Assembly: GCA_947629985.1 (NCBI GenBank)
Contig: CANRFV010000008.1
Span: 8,897-72,896 of the forward strand
Length of the DNA: 64,000 bases
Reading direction: 5' to 3'
DNA from: an uncultured Clostridia bacterium
Lineage (GTDB): Bacteria > Bacillota > Clostridia > Christensenellales > CAG-314
Each line of letters starts with the position of its first letter. Positions within the stretch are counted from its first letter, which is position 1. A model generated the notes under the pieces. That model had not been told where the DNA came from, did no database searches, and saw nothing but the letters and a program-made list of their open reading frames with translations. Below, in pieces: positions 50,567 through 60,096 of this stretch. The translations under genes were made by a program, and so were the position numbers.

Positions 50567-51823
50567 TTACACCCCCTCGCCGTACGAATACGCCACAAGT
50601 TGCACGCCGTCGATACGCACGCCGCTCGGAGAGGAAATCTGTACCGCAAAACTTGTTCCCACGCCGCGCACGGGCAACGTTACGCTGCCTCTTTTGCACT
50701 TTACGCGGTAACGACGGCTTTCGCCGCGACTGTACAGCCACACGTCCGCTTCGCCGCGCAACGCTACCGACATACGTTGCAAATGCTTGACTGCGGCGCT
50801 GCCGAAATCGATGTCGGACGCGCCCCAACAGCAGTTTTCGTCGCCGTCGGAACGTATTAAATACAACTTGCCTTTTTTGGCGGCGTACAGCGTGCTGCCG
50901 TCCGAATACATACAATTAAACCCGCCGTCGAACACTTCGACGATCCGCTGTGCGTCGATATCTATTACCAACACCGCTTCCTTGCCGTCGGTAAGTTGAC
51001 AGCAAAGATAATACAACCCGTTGTGCGCGCAGGCAAATCCGTCGTTTGCGCGCACCCAGCCGTTTAATTGCGGCATTATTGGCGTAACTTTGCCCTGCGA
51101 AAGGGCGTACAAACCGCTTTCTGTTGCAAAAACAGCCTTATTTCCAATACACGCGACGGTTTTTGCCGCCACTTTGCCTATTCCGTCGGCTATCGGCGCC
51201 ACTTTTGACTCGACGCTTTCGCCGTCGGGCGCAAACGAATAGCAAACGTTTCCCAATATGTATACCTTGTCGGAGACGGACACCGCCGCGTCGCAGGGAG
51301 TGTACAACGTTACGAATTCCGCGCCGAACATATCGTCCGCTTTGCCGGGAAAAGTGAAGTAAAATTTGTGCCCCGCCACTGCGCACAGACGTTCGCCGCA
51401 GACGGCAAGTCTGTCAAAACCGACGTCGCTTGCCTTTTGCATTTCGTCGTCTTCGTCGGGAGCGAACGTGCCCACTTGGCTCGACGACAAAACAAGTCGG
51501 TCGTGATACTCCACGCCCGTTGCGTAATCGCAGGTGCAATCGGCGCACAACAGTTCGGAGCCGCCGTACTCGTATATGTACAGACCGTCCTTGGAAAAGT
51601 ACAAAATTTTGTCGCCGTCCGCATAGGCTACGGCGGACGCATACTTGCCAACGGGCACTTCCTCCAAGCGCACGCTGCCGCCCAATAACCCTTTGCCGTA
51701 TTTTTTTACGTTACTGCACCACCGAAATTCGGCGTTGCCGCTGTCGAGATCGGGTTGCAAAACCGCCTTGTGTATCTTGGGCGATACGTTGCGCACGGGC
51801 TTTGCAAAAAACATTACACCCAC
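50567..51823 (-). CDS. phage structural protein (418 aa, beta-rich)
   Basis: The call is based on position in the structural operon and on repeated G-x-LY / beta-strand-like segments. No family was assigned with confidence. Confidence 0.45.
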   Translation of the reverse strand: MGVMFFAKPVRNVSPKIHKAVLQPDLDSGNAEFRWCSNVKKYGKGLLGGSVRLEEVPVGKYASAVAYADGDKILYFSKDGLYIYEYGGSELLCADCTCDYATGVEYHDRLVLSSSQVGTFAPDEDDEMQKASDVGFDRLAVCGERLCAVAGHKFYFTFPGKADDMFGAEFVTLYTPCDAAVSVSDKVYILGNVCYSFAPDGESVESKVAPIADGIGKVAAKTVACIGNKAVFATESGLYALSQGKVTPIMPQLNGWVRANDGFACAHNGLYYLCCQLTDGKEAVLVIDIDAQRIVEVFDGGFNCMYSDGSTLYAAKKGKLYLIRSDGDENCCWGASDIDFGSAAVKHLQRMSVALRGEADVWLYSRGESRRYRVKCKRGSVTLPVRGVGTSFAVQISSPSGVRIDGVQLVAYSYGEGV

Positions 51824-52368
51824 CTCCTTGCGGGCATGCGCATGGCAGATACTTTGGTCTGACTGACCTGCAACGCGTTCTTAAAGCGTTCGTCCCACTG
51901 CGCGGCATTGTGCCAATCGCCCGTTACGGCATAATATTCGCGCAAAACGCCGTATGCCAATATGCGTTCGGTAATGCGCGGCGACGGCATGGCGATGTCG
52001 TCGTTCCAGCCCAACGTGCAAGCAAGGCGCGCGTAACTGAGATTGTAACAGCCGTCCTTTTGCACATACAAACCGTTGTCGCAGTAGCGAAACGGCACGT
52101 CGTTGCCTTCGGCGTCCACAAGAGAAATTACTTTGCACATCTTGAACGACGAAGTGTCGGCAAAGCCGTCCGTTACGCGAATTACCGTTTTGCGAAGCGA
52201 CGTTGCGTAATCGCGGTAAAGTTCTTCCAGCACAAAATTGCAGGCGTTTACCAACGTTTTTATGTCGCGATTCTGCATTGCCTGCGCTTCGGCACCGTCC
52301 AAAATGCCGTCGTCAAAATCAAGTTGAAGCATCTCGGCGCATATTTTTACTAACTGACTGACCTTCAT
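51814..52368 (-). CDS. phage structural protein (184 aa; head-completion/adaptor position)
   Basis: It overlaps the next gene by 10 nt. The call is by position only. Confidence 0.4.
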   Translation of the reverse strand: MKVSQLVKICAEMLQLDFDDGILDGAEAQAMQNRDIKTLVNACNFVLEELYRDYATSLRKTVIRVTDGFADTSSFKMCKVISLVDAEGNDVPFRYCDNGLYVQKDGCYNLSYARLACTLGWNDDIAMPSPRITERILAYGVLREYYAVTGDWHNAAQWDERFKNALQVSQTKVSAMRMPARRWV

Positions 52369-52378
52369 TTAACCTCCG

Positions 52379-52675
52379 CTAAAATGTCTTGCAATTCGGG
52401 GCAATACCGTCCCTTTCGATAACAGCGTTGTCGCGCTCCATCTGAGCAAAAATACTGTCGGCGTTTTCCACGCGCGAATACAGCGCGTAAGCTACCGTGC
52501 GCGCGTCCAACTCGTCAAACGGCACTGCAAATTGAAACGTATCGGGACTGCGCGAAATGTCGTGTACCTCGTACCTGCTGCGGCGTGTATTGTAATACAC
52601 ACGGTAATCGTCGTTTATCGAACGCAGCCGTCGGGCAATGTCGTATAGATCGTTTGTTATCGCAATAAGGGACAT
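52379..52675 (-). CDS. small phage protein (98 aa)
   Basis: I chose the ATG at 52675 (MSLIAITNDLYDIARRL). It sits between the capsid gene and the 184-aa gene. Confidence 0.4.
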   Translation of the reverse strand: MSLIAITNDLYDIARRLRSINDDYRVYYNTRRSRYEVHDISRSPDTFQFAVPFDELDARTVAYALYSRVENADSIFAQMERDNAVIERDGIAPNCKTF

Positions 52676-52759
52676 GGTATCGCTCCTTTGCCAAACCGAG
52701 CCGTCGGCGCAGGCAAACAAGTTACTTGCGCCGCGACGTCGGCGTTGACTCAATTAAAA

Positions 52760-53920
52760 TCAGGCTTCCTTGATGCCGCTGATGACTGCCTGTCCGATAG
52801 GACGGTCGCAGATGAGATCGGCATATTTTACCAAAGTTGCCGTGTAAACGGGCTTGTTGGGCACTTGTTTGATTATGCGTCCGTCGTCGCCTTCCAACCA
52901 ACGCCAATCGCACAGTTGATGAAGGTGGAAATCGGACGTGTTGAGTATGTACATCGTGCCTTCCGGAACAAACCTGTCGGAAATTACGGGTATGCCGTTG
53001 TAGGAAATCGCTTTGTAGCCGCCTTGCAAATTCATTACGTCGATGTTGCTGCGGTTGGTAATGAGATATTCCTGATAAGCGCGCTTTACTCCGCCCGAAC
53101 ATACTATGAAATCCGCCGCGGAACCTGCCACTTCGTCCAGGACGTCGATAGCCGTCTGAATGGTGATGTCGGTAATGTCCTGCGAAGTCTTTTTGTACGG
53201 CGTAAGCCACTTGTTGGACGCGCGCGTAAGCCCGTAAAGCGTTTCGCTGTCGCCGAAGATGGCGCCCAAACCGGTAAGTTCGCGGTTGTAACTGCCCTGC
53301 ACGGTCAAAAAGTCGTCCGCGGACACTTCGGATATTGCCGAGCCGCCGAGAGTTACCTTTTTGCCGGCGCGGTCTACGTCTACAATGCGGCGCGCGCTTA
53401 CAACGGGGGTTTTGCCCGAATTGCTTATTACGTCCACTACCATACCTTCGATAACGTTGTTTACCTTGTCTACGGTAAGTACATTGCCGCTTGCCGACAC
53501 CACTTTGGCAAGAACGCCGCTGCCGTCGCCGTAAAGCATACGTCCGAAGTTGAATTTGGACGCCTTTACCAGCCCTTCCATTTCCGCTTCGAGCAAGTTT
53601 ACAAACGCTCCGCTGTTGTTTTCGCTGGCGCGAATGGCTTTGTCGGAAATTTCGATCGTGCCGTAAAGGTTTTTGAGCGTAAGCACGAATTGCGCGTAGT
53701 TGTTGCTCGCCGCTTGGGGCAAATCGCCTTCTTCTGTGCCCGCGCCGATACCGCCGTTGATGCCGAAAGGCGCAAGTTTGCGGATTTCCTTACCCCACAC
53801 GTCCGAACTTGTCTGTTGAAAACGGGCAAGCAACGGGTTTACGTTGGTGTTGAGTTGCTCGGCAACAACGCCGAGATAGAGTGTTTTAAGCGCATTGTCT
53901 GCACTTGTAAGTGTTACCAT
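52760..53920 (-). CDS. phage major capsid protein (HK97-fold type, putative)
   Basis: 386 aa, immediately after a scaffold-like gene, with AGGAGA upstream. The sequence style (LYGTIEISDKAIRAS...FGRMLYGDGSGVLAKV...) is as remembered for major capsid proteins. Confidence 0.65.
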   Translation of the reverse strand: MVTLTSADNALKTLYLGVVAEQLNTNVNPLLARFQQTSSDVWGKEIRKLAPFGINGGIGAGTEEGDLPQAASNNYAQFVLTLKNLYGTIEISDKAIRASENNSGAFVNLLEAEMEGLVKASKFNFGRMLYGDGSGVLAKVVSASGNVLTVDKVNNVIEGMVVDVISNSGKTPVVSARRIVDVDRAGKKVTLGGSAISEVSADDFLTVQGSYNRELTGLGAIFGDSETLYGLTRASNKWLTPYKKTSQDITDITIQTAIDVLDEVAGSAADFIVCSGGVKRAYQEYLITNRSNIDVMNLQGGYKAISYNGIPVISDRFVPEGTMYILNTSDFHLHQLCDWRWLEGDDGRIIKQVPNKPVYTATLVKYADLICDRPIGQAVISGIKEA

Positions 53921-53935
53921 TGTCTGTTGTTCTCC

Positions 53936-54391
53936 TTAATCGAAATATTTTTTTGCCAAATCCGACGCTTCTTTGATGGTCCGCGGGCGATTTGGCAACG
54001 CCGGGGACACATTTCCTCCGCCCGTCATTACTTTGGGCGACGCCTGTCGATTCGCATCCGACAGCACGCCTTCCTGCGGCTGCGGCGAAACCGCCGTGCC
54101 GTATTCGGGGTGCGGGGCATGGTATTGTCCGATGCGTTCGTCAGGGTTTGAGACTGCGCTGCAATTGACTTGCGAACGACTGTCGGCGCCGTCGCAGGGG
54201 ACTGAGCCAACCGCGTCATCTGCAGTTGACTGCGCATTCTCGGGCTGCGGTGGCGTGATCTCGCTTGTACCGCTGCCGTTTAACTGCTTTTCCAATGCCG
54301 CAAGTTGCTGGCACTTTTGCGTAAAACTCTTTTCCAACTGAATGTAACCTTTAAGCAACTCGTCGGCGCTGTTGAATTTGCCGTATTCCAT
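53936..54391 (-). CDS. scaffold-like protein
   Basis: 151 aa with a helical N-terminus (ELLKGYIQLEKSFTQKCQQLAALEKQL) and a P/S/G-rich tail. It sits between the portal and capsid genes, 1 nt from the portal stop. Confidence 0.5.
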   Translation of the reverse strand: MEYGKFNSADELLKGYIQLEKSFTQKCQQLAALEKQLNGSGTSEITPPQPENAQSTADDAVGSVPCDGADSRSQVNCSAVSNPDERIGQYHAPHPEYGTAVSPQPQEGVLSDANRQASPKVMTGGGNVSPALPNRPRTIKEASDLAKKYFD

Positions 54392-54392
54392 A

Positions 54393-56336
54393 TTATCCGT
54401 TCTCCTTTAACATTTGTTTGTGCCGCTCTATGTGTTGCAGCACCTTGTCTCTGTACTTTACGTCCACGTCGGTAATGTCGCCCGAAATTATGTATCGGGT
54501 GTGTTCTTCGATGTGCAACGCGTGGTCGTCTACCGGCAAAACTTCGGCGCTGTCGATAAACATATTTTCCTTTTGTGCGCGCGCCGTGTGCAACTGCGTT
54601 ATGTCCTGAGCGCTGTCCCAATTGCCGAAGCCCATTATTCCCAAAATCTTTGCCTTGGCGGAAGCGGTCAATTTGCCGTCGGAATCGGACAGTATGCCGG
54701 CATTTAGCAGGTCGAATATCATCGTGCGGCGCGTGGCGGGCGTTTCGGTAAGTTCGTTTTCCGTCTCGAACACCACGTCGTCCGAACCGATGTCGCTGCC
54801 GACAAAATAAAACGCTTCGGTGGAATTTTGCCCGTCGCTGTACCGCAACAGGCGCGATTGCGTTACAAATTGCTTGTACAACCGCAAAATGAACTTGGCT
54901 ATGCGCTTGATGGCGAGTTTTATGCTCTCGATGGAACTTGCCAGACGCATATCGTCCTGTTCGGCTATCAATTGCAACGCCACGCCGCTGGTTACCGTTA
55001 TCGGAGTGGAACTGTTGCGGGCAAATTCCGACACGCCCGATACGGTAATAAATTCTTTAAGCAGTTGTTCTTCTTCGCGGGCGAAATCGGCGGGTACGCT
55101 GCCGTTATCCATCAACGAAGGCTTTACCGCGCCCTGACGGTAAACCAATATTTTGCCCGGCGACAGCCCTTCTTCTTCCAGACTGTCGGTATCCACCGAA
55201 CCGTCTTCTACGGTAAGCACTCCCATCGACAGTCGGTTGAGAAATTCGTGCTTGCGGTTTTTTACCGCGTTGTACGCGCGCTGAATGGGTATTACGCGTT
55301 CCACAACGCTCGCTCCCCAAAAGCACCCCGCCTGCTCGATAGACACCTGCCGCACAAAGGGGTAGGAGTAGCCGCACATATCGTCTATGCGGTAGGGAAG
55401 TTCGCCCGCGTACAGCAAATTGTTGCCCGCGACAATTTCCAACTTGCCGTGCGGACAGGCTTGGGACGGCTTGGTATAGCGTTCTATTACCAACACCTGA
55501 TCGTCCTTTTGCTCCTGCACCACGGACGGAACAACCGAATTGTAGCCCAATCCGCCCGCGCAACGCGTGCCGTCTATGGCGAATACGCGCACCGTTTCGC
55601 CCGCGATTTCCACACCCCAGGTATCTTTTACGTCGCTTGCCGAATACACTTTGGCGTGAATGACGGACGCACATTCTTCGACGGTGGCGGTTACGTTGCT
55701 GTCGGGGTAAATTTCAAACGGCGAACAAGCGGTTACCGAAACTTCGGAAGAATCGCCGTCCCAAATTACCTTGTAAAACGACGTTCCGCACACTTCGCTC
55801 CACACCGTTGCGCGCGAGATAACTTCGTCCAAACGTATCTTTTCGCGAACGCTGTTAAGTACCTTTGTGGCAAGGCGGGACGAATTGACGTCGTCGTCGC
55901 TATTGGAAAAGGGGCGCACGATGGGCTTGGGACGTACCCTGCTCAAACGGGATACGCGCGTGTCCACAATGGGCGCGATGTGGTTGAATACCTGCTTTTC
56001 CTGCCAAAAATAATAACGTTCTTCCTGCTCGATGGTGCCGCGCGGCGATATGCCGCAATACTGATTTCCCATCAAAAAGTTCATATCGAGTTGCCAGGAC
56101 AGTTCGTAGGGGCGGCGCATTACCTGCCTGCGCGCGAAATCTGCCTTTACGTCGTCCACTATGTCCTCGGCAAACTTGTCGCCGTACATTTTGCGCGCGG
56201 AATCGGCAAGCGCTTGGTTTGTTGCGCCGCTTTGCGCCCGCTTGTCGGCGTCGGACGGCGTTTCCGCATGGTCTACGGCAGTCTTTTTGTCGGCGGCGGT
56301 TACGCTTGCGGCTTTTGCATTTCGTTCATTCGGCAT
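54393..56336 (-). CDS. phage portal protein (putative)
   Basis: 647 aa, located between the terminase region and the scaffold/capsid genes. The call rests on size and position only. Confidence 0.6.
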   Translation of the reverse strand: MPNERNAKAASVTAADKKTAVDHAETPSDADKRAQSGATNQALADSARKMYGDKFAEDIVDDVKADFARRQVMRRPYELSWQLDMNFLMGNQYCGISPRGTIEQEERYYFWQEKQVFNHIAPIVDTRVSRLSRVRPKPIVRPFSNSDDDVNSSRLATKVLNSVREKIRLDEVISRATVWSEVCGTSFYKVIWDGDSSEVSVTACSPFEIYPDSNVTATVEECASVIHAKVYSASDVKDTWGVEIAGETVRVFAIDGTRCAGGLGYNSVVPSVVQEQKDDQVLVIERYTKPSQACPHGKLEIVAGNNLLYAGELPYRIDDMCGYSYPFVRQVSIEQAGCFWGASVVERVIPIQRAYNAVKNRKHEFLNRLSMGVLTVEDGSVDTDSLEEEGLSPGKILVYRQGAVKPSLMDNGSVPADFAREEEQLLKEFITVSGVSEFARNSSTPITVTSGVALQLIAEQDDMRLASSIESIKLAIKRIAKFILRLYKQFVTQSRLLRYSDGQNSTEAFYFVGSDIGSDDVVFETENELTETPATRRTMIFDLLNAGILSDSDGKLTASAKAKILGIMGFGNWDSAQDITQLHTARAQKENMFIDSAEVLPVDDHALHIEEHTRYIISGDITDVDVKYRDKVLQHIERHKQMLKENG

Positions 56337-56553
56337 ATCCGTTCTCCTTTGCCCTTTCCGCCAATTTGCGTTTTATGGTGTTGGCGGGGCTTTTGGGCGT
56401 GGGCTTGGACGGAGCGTCGTCGCGCAATCGCTCCAAACACTTTGCGCACACAAAGCATCTGCCCGATATGCCCTTTACTTCGAAATAGAAGTCGGCGTCG
56501 TTTTTGCAATTTTTTACATCGCATTTTGTTTTAGACGTTACTTTGCAAATCAT
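56326..56553 (-). CDS. 75-aa Cys-rich small phage protein
   Basis: CDVKNC...CFVCAKC is zinc-ribbon-like, followed by a basic tail. It overlaps the portal start by 11 nt. Confidence 0.4.
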   Translation of the reverse strand: MICKVTSKTKCDVKNCKNDADFYFEVKGISGRCFVCAKCLERLRDDAPSKPTPKSPANTIKRKLAERAKENGYAE

Positions 56554-56603
56554 TTATCAATCTCCTTTTTATAATTTTTGTTTATTTTGTATCGCCGCGG
56601 CGG

Positions 56604-56897
56604 TTACGCGTCGGACGAGTCGTCGGTTTGCGGTTGCGAAGCGACAGACGATTCGTAATCGTTGAGCAACTTGATAAGGCGCAACTTTTCCACTTGCAGT
56701 TGTTCGTCGGTAAGTTGAGTTACGTCGGCTTGACCGTCGCCCAACTGAATAAACGCCTTTATCGCGCTGACGTCGGGTTGCACGCGCTTGGTTACCACTT
56801 TGCTCTTTACAAGTTGCTTTTTGCCGTCCGACACCACGTATTCGTCGGTTTTTTCTCTATAAGAGTAGCCTTTTGCCTTTTTGAGCAAAATTCGCAT
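56604..56897 (-). CDS. 97-aa protein resembling the C-terminal part of a small terminase subunit
   Basis: I chose the ATG at 56897. KSKVVTKRVQPDVSAIKAFIQL resembles the ...V.PDv.A.iFwLKN block remembered from small terminases. It lies downstream, not upstream, of terL. Confidence 0.35.
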   Translation of the reverse strand: MRILLKKAKGYSYREKTDEYVVSDGKKQLVKSKVVTKRVQPDVSAIKAFIQLGDGQADVTQLTDEQLQVEKLRLIKLLNDYESSVASQPQTDDSSDA

Positions 56898-56917
56898 CAA
56901 TAATTGTTTGTCGCCGA

Positions 56918-58336
56918 TCACTTTGCACCTCGTCTCAATTTGCGGCACAGCCGCTCTTTGTCCAGCGCGACCGCGCTTTTTGCGGGCGGTTTTTCCGTAC
57001 GACGCGCAAGGTTGCTTACGTAATAACGCAAGTCGTCCATAGCGTGGTCGGCGCGTTTTATCGGAATGTCGCCTTCGCCCCAAAAATACCCCTTAAATTC
57101 GCGTATCATATTTACGCAATTGTCGAAAACGTACAGTTTGGGCGGCGAATCGAGCGGTTTTAACAGCGCTTTTACCTTGTTTATTCCGCTGAACAAGCCC
57201 TTGTTTACGCGCGTGTTTACGCTGATACCCTGCTCGGAAAACAGTTCCGCCACGCTGCGCTGACCGTTTAGCGTGCGTTGATTAGCCGCGCTGTCCATCA
57301 GCACCGAGTAACAGCCGAATTTGTCCTTGCCCCAACTTAGTTGCTCGCACATACGCTTTATTTTGTCGGCGTGATACGCCACGTCGCGCTGCGCTTCGTA
57401 ATGCTCGGCAATTACGTACACGTTGCCGTCGTAATCCTGCGCGTACCAATGGCAGGAAAGCGGATTGTTCAGCCCCGGATCGACGGAAATTGCGTCGTAC
57501 CAATCCGTCGGCACGTCAAAAGGCCTTATTACGTTAGCCTCGCAAAATTCCGGATACACCAACCCGTTGCAGGCGGTAAATCTGCCGTAACGGCGGCTTT
57601 CCAGCATATCTGCGGACATACTGTCGGTAAGCGATTGCACTTCCGCCGCGGAAAGGTAGGGGTTGTCCGCCCATTCCATAAACTCGTACCACACTTCCGA
57701 CGAATTGTTGCGGTTGAGATAAATTTCGTCGTACACCCAACTTAAACCTTTGAGCGGCGTCATCGTGGCAAAAATGTGTCCCCTGCGGTCCAATACGCGC
57801 ATACGGCACTCTTCGTAAATGTCCTGCGGCGGCTCTTCGTCAAACCAAACGAAATCCAGACTTGCCCCCTGAAATTTGTCCCTGCCCGCTTCGCAACTTT
57901 TGAAAGTTATGCGCGACGTGCCGCCGAATACGTTGGCGATAACTATGCTGTCGATAACGCCGTATTCGGGGCTGGAACGCGAACCGCTGTTCATTACGAT
58001 TTGCTTTATCCAACTTTTGTCAAGATAGTAAAGCACCTTTTGCTGGGCGACGTCGCGCTGCACCTGCTGGGACAACGACACTACCCAACACTCAATATTG
58101 GGGCGGTTGGCGCGAAAAGGATGTATGCCGCGGGCAAGCCACACCGTTTCCACTGCGCCGCACTCGGTTTTGCCGCTGCGATTGCCGCCGAACACCCATC
58201 TGTTGCGTTTGAGACAACGGTGAAATTCCATTTGTTTTGCGTGTATTTTACCCTTGTTGTATCGCGCAAGCGGACTGTTTTTGCGCCGCTTTTGCTCCTG
58301 CTCTATTTGATTTATTCGCTGTAATATCTCTTTCAT
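56918..58336 (-). CDS. terL: phage terminase large subunit
   Basis: Walker A-like is FGGNRSGKTECG and Walker B is LDFVWFDEEP. C-terminal nuclease acidic motifs are VLMDSAAN and HAMDDLRYYV. Confidence 0.85.
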   Translation of the reverse strand: MKEILQRINQIEQEQKRRKNSPLARYNKGKIHAKQMEFHRCLKRNRWVFGGNRSGKTECGAVETVWLARGIHPFRANRPNIECWVVSLSQQVQRDVAQQKVLYYLDKSWIKQIVMNSGSRSSPEYGVIDSIVIANVFGGTSRITFKSCEAGRDKFQGASLDFVWFDEEPPQDIYEECRMRVLDRRGHIFATMTPLKGLSWVYDEIYLNRNNSSEVWYEFMEWADNPYLSAAEVQSLTDSMSADMLESRRYGRFTACNGLVYPEFCEANVIRPFDVPTDWYDAISVDPGLNNPLSCHWYAQDYDGNVYVIAEHYEAQRDVAYHADKIKRMCEQLSWGKDKFGCYSVLMDSAANQRTLNGQRSVAELFSEQGISVNTRVNKGLFSGINKVKALLKPLDSPPKLYVFDNCVNMIREFKGYFWGEGDIPIKRADHAMDDLRYYVSNLARRTEKPPAKSAVALDKERLCRKLRRGAK

Positions 58337-58655
58337 TTTTGTTAAACCCGATCGCCGCGTTTAGAAAATGGCAACTGCCGACACAAGCGTTTGTTACGAA
58401 TTTTTGCCAAAAATGACATAATTTCGTAATGACTGCGCGCTGTATGCGCAATTTTTCGCTTGTTCGTACTGCCACAGCCCGTAATGTGCGGTAAGTTTTG
58501 CGACAAAACCGCTTGCGCGGCAGGGTGTAAACGCGCGCACAAACGCACGTTTTGTTGCCTGCATACGGCGTTACGTATAAACACAAGTCAATACTCGCCC
58601 CATACAGACATAACTCGGCAAATTTTACCGACTGAGCGGCGCTATACTTTCCTTA

Positions 58656-59402
58656 TTGCGCGGAGGACGTAAGTTGAAAAAAATTATCGTTGCGGCTGTT
58701 TTGTGCTTGATACTTGTTTGCCCCGATATCGCCGTTGCCGATACGGGCAGTTGGGTGCGCGTCGTAAAGGACGACGTACATCTTTACGCTACGGCGGACG
58801 GCAGCAAAATTACGTTTACCCTGCAAAAAACCTACTACGCGCACATAATTTCGCAAACCGAAGATATGTACTGCGTAACGGTAATGCCCAACAGCGCGGA
58901 TTTTCCGCAAATTACGGGCTATGTGCGCAAATCGCAGGTGGATCTATGCGAAATTGCGCCGCTCGAACCGCACTATCCCACCGTAAAAGTTACCGTAAAC
59001 GGCGACTCGGCGGCTATTAAACTGTCGCCCGTACCGTCGTCGGATACGGTAATAACCGCAACCAACACGCAACAACTCAGTTACTACGGCTCCACCGTGT
59101 ACTACGGTCAAACCTGGTACTACGTCTACTATGCGGGCAAATTCGGCTACGTGGACGCCCAAAGCGTTACCGCGCCGATAATCGCGCCCCACCCTACGCC
59201 GCTGCCGGAAGAAGATCTGCCTACGGTAAATCCCGTAACGCCGCCGTCCGACGGAACGACCGAAGAAAAGCCCAAACAGTCGCCCGCGTCGGAAATATTG
59301 CTGATAGTTTTTGTTGCGGTATTTGCCGTAGGAATTACGTTGGCATTGTTTTTGCCCGGCAACTCCGCCAAAAAGGACGGCGTTTTCGACAAAGACATCT
59401 GA
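58656..59402 (+). CDS. secreted SH3b-like protein with C-terminal membrane anchor
   Basis: It has a signal peptide (KKIIVAAVLCLILVCPDIAVA), SH3b-style segments (SWVRVVKDDVHLYATADGS..., WYYVYYAGKFGYVDAQSV), a Pro-rich linker and a C-terminal TM segment (ILLIVFVAVFAVGITLALFL). Confidence 0.6.
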   Translation: MRGGRKLKKIIVAAVLCLILVCPDIAVADTGSWVRVVKDDVHLYATADGSKITFTLQKTYYAHIISQTEDMYCVTVMPNSADFPQITGYVRKSQVDLCEIAPLEPHYPTVKVTVNGDSAAIKLSPVPSSDTVITATNTQQLSYYGSTVYYGQTWYYVYYAGKFGYVDAQSVTAPIIAPHPTPLPEEDLPTVNPVTPPSDGTTEEKPKQSPASEILLIVFVAVFAVGITLALFLPGNSAKKDGVFDKDI

Positions 59403-59622
59403 AAGCGTGCGTGCGCGTTACCTAACGTTTGCGCTACGCCGTCGGTCGGCGCTTGTATAGCCAACCGTGCCTTGCGCACTGCCGCATACGGCACCCCACG
59501 CCGCTCTGTATGTGGGTCGGCGCTTGTTACGCGGCGTTTTATACGCCAAGCGGGCGGTAATTGCAACGCGGCATCGGATAACGACGGGTTTATTTGCCCA
59601 AAGTGCCGCCGAGACGCAAATT

Positions 59623-60096
59623 TTACGTCGAATCCGCATCGCCGCGGCTTTTTGCGCCCGATTCGGTCGCTTCGGCGCACAGATTCCAATCGCCGTAGTT
59701 TTGACAAAACCACTCGTAAGTACAGCCCATGCGGACAAGAGCAGTTTCGAATGCCTTGCGCGCACGCAACAATTTGCGATACACGGTAGAGACGGACACG
59801 CCGTATTTTTTTGCCAACAGGCGCTTGTCGGCGTATTTGAAGTACACCGCCACCAGCAACGCCCTGTATCCGCGCGGTATCTGCAACAGCGCAGTGATCA
59901 CGGCGTCGTAAAACATACGGCACAACTCTATCTGACGAGCGGAATCGCTAAGAGCGTTTACCTGCCCGAGCGTACCGTCCCGCCAATTGAGCGTGCAATA
60001 CGAATGGATCGCTATCGATCTCATATCCGAAAGCGCCTGATCTATACTTCTTTTTATCGGCACGGCATTGTGCAGCATTATCAGTTCATAATGCAT
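59623..60096 (-). CDS. sigma-70 region-4/ArpU-like phage late transcriptional regulator
   Basis: 157 aa. The C-terminal HTH is RALLVAVYFKYADKRLLAKKYGVSVSTVYRKLLRARKAFETAL. It lies upstream of the packaging genes. Confidence 0.55.
   Translation of the reverse strand: MHYELIMLHNAVPIKRSIDQALSDMRSIAIHSYCTLNWRDGTLGQVNALSDSARQIELCRMFYDAVITALLQIPRGYRALLVAVYFKYADKRLLAKKYGVSVSTVYRKLLRARKAFETALVRMGCTYEWFCQNYGDWNLCAEATESGAKSRGDADST

Larger units (their letters stand above)
49552..60096 (-). mobile_element. phage-derived packaging/head-neck module (cryptic prophage remnant or satellite); right boundary not determined
   Basis: Colinear minus-strand genes run in the order regulator - TerL - small ORFs - portal - scaffold - capsid - four structural ORFs. 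No tail-fibre, lysis or integrase genes lie between it and the terminator at 49515-49551. Confidence 0.5.

Noticed and set aside
50565-50915. N-terminal 117-codon extension of the 430-aa track ORF
   Set aside because: It overlaps the 3' end of the preceding 418-aa gene in another frame and is Arg-rich. The ATG at 50564 sits 2 nt after that gene's stop.
52688-56534. Long + strand ORFs 52688-54151 (487 aa) and 54828-56534 (568 aa)
   Set aside because: They are antisense shadows of the capsid/scaffold and portal genes. The minus-strand genes form a tightly spaced operon with ribosome-binding sites.
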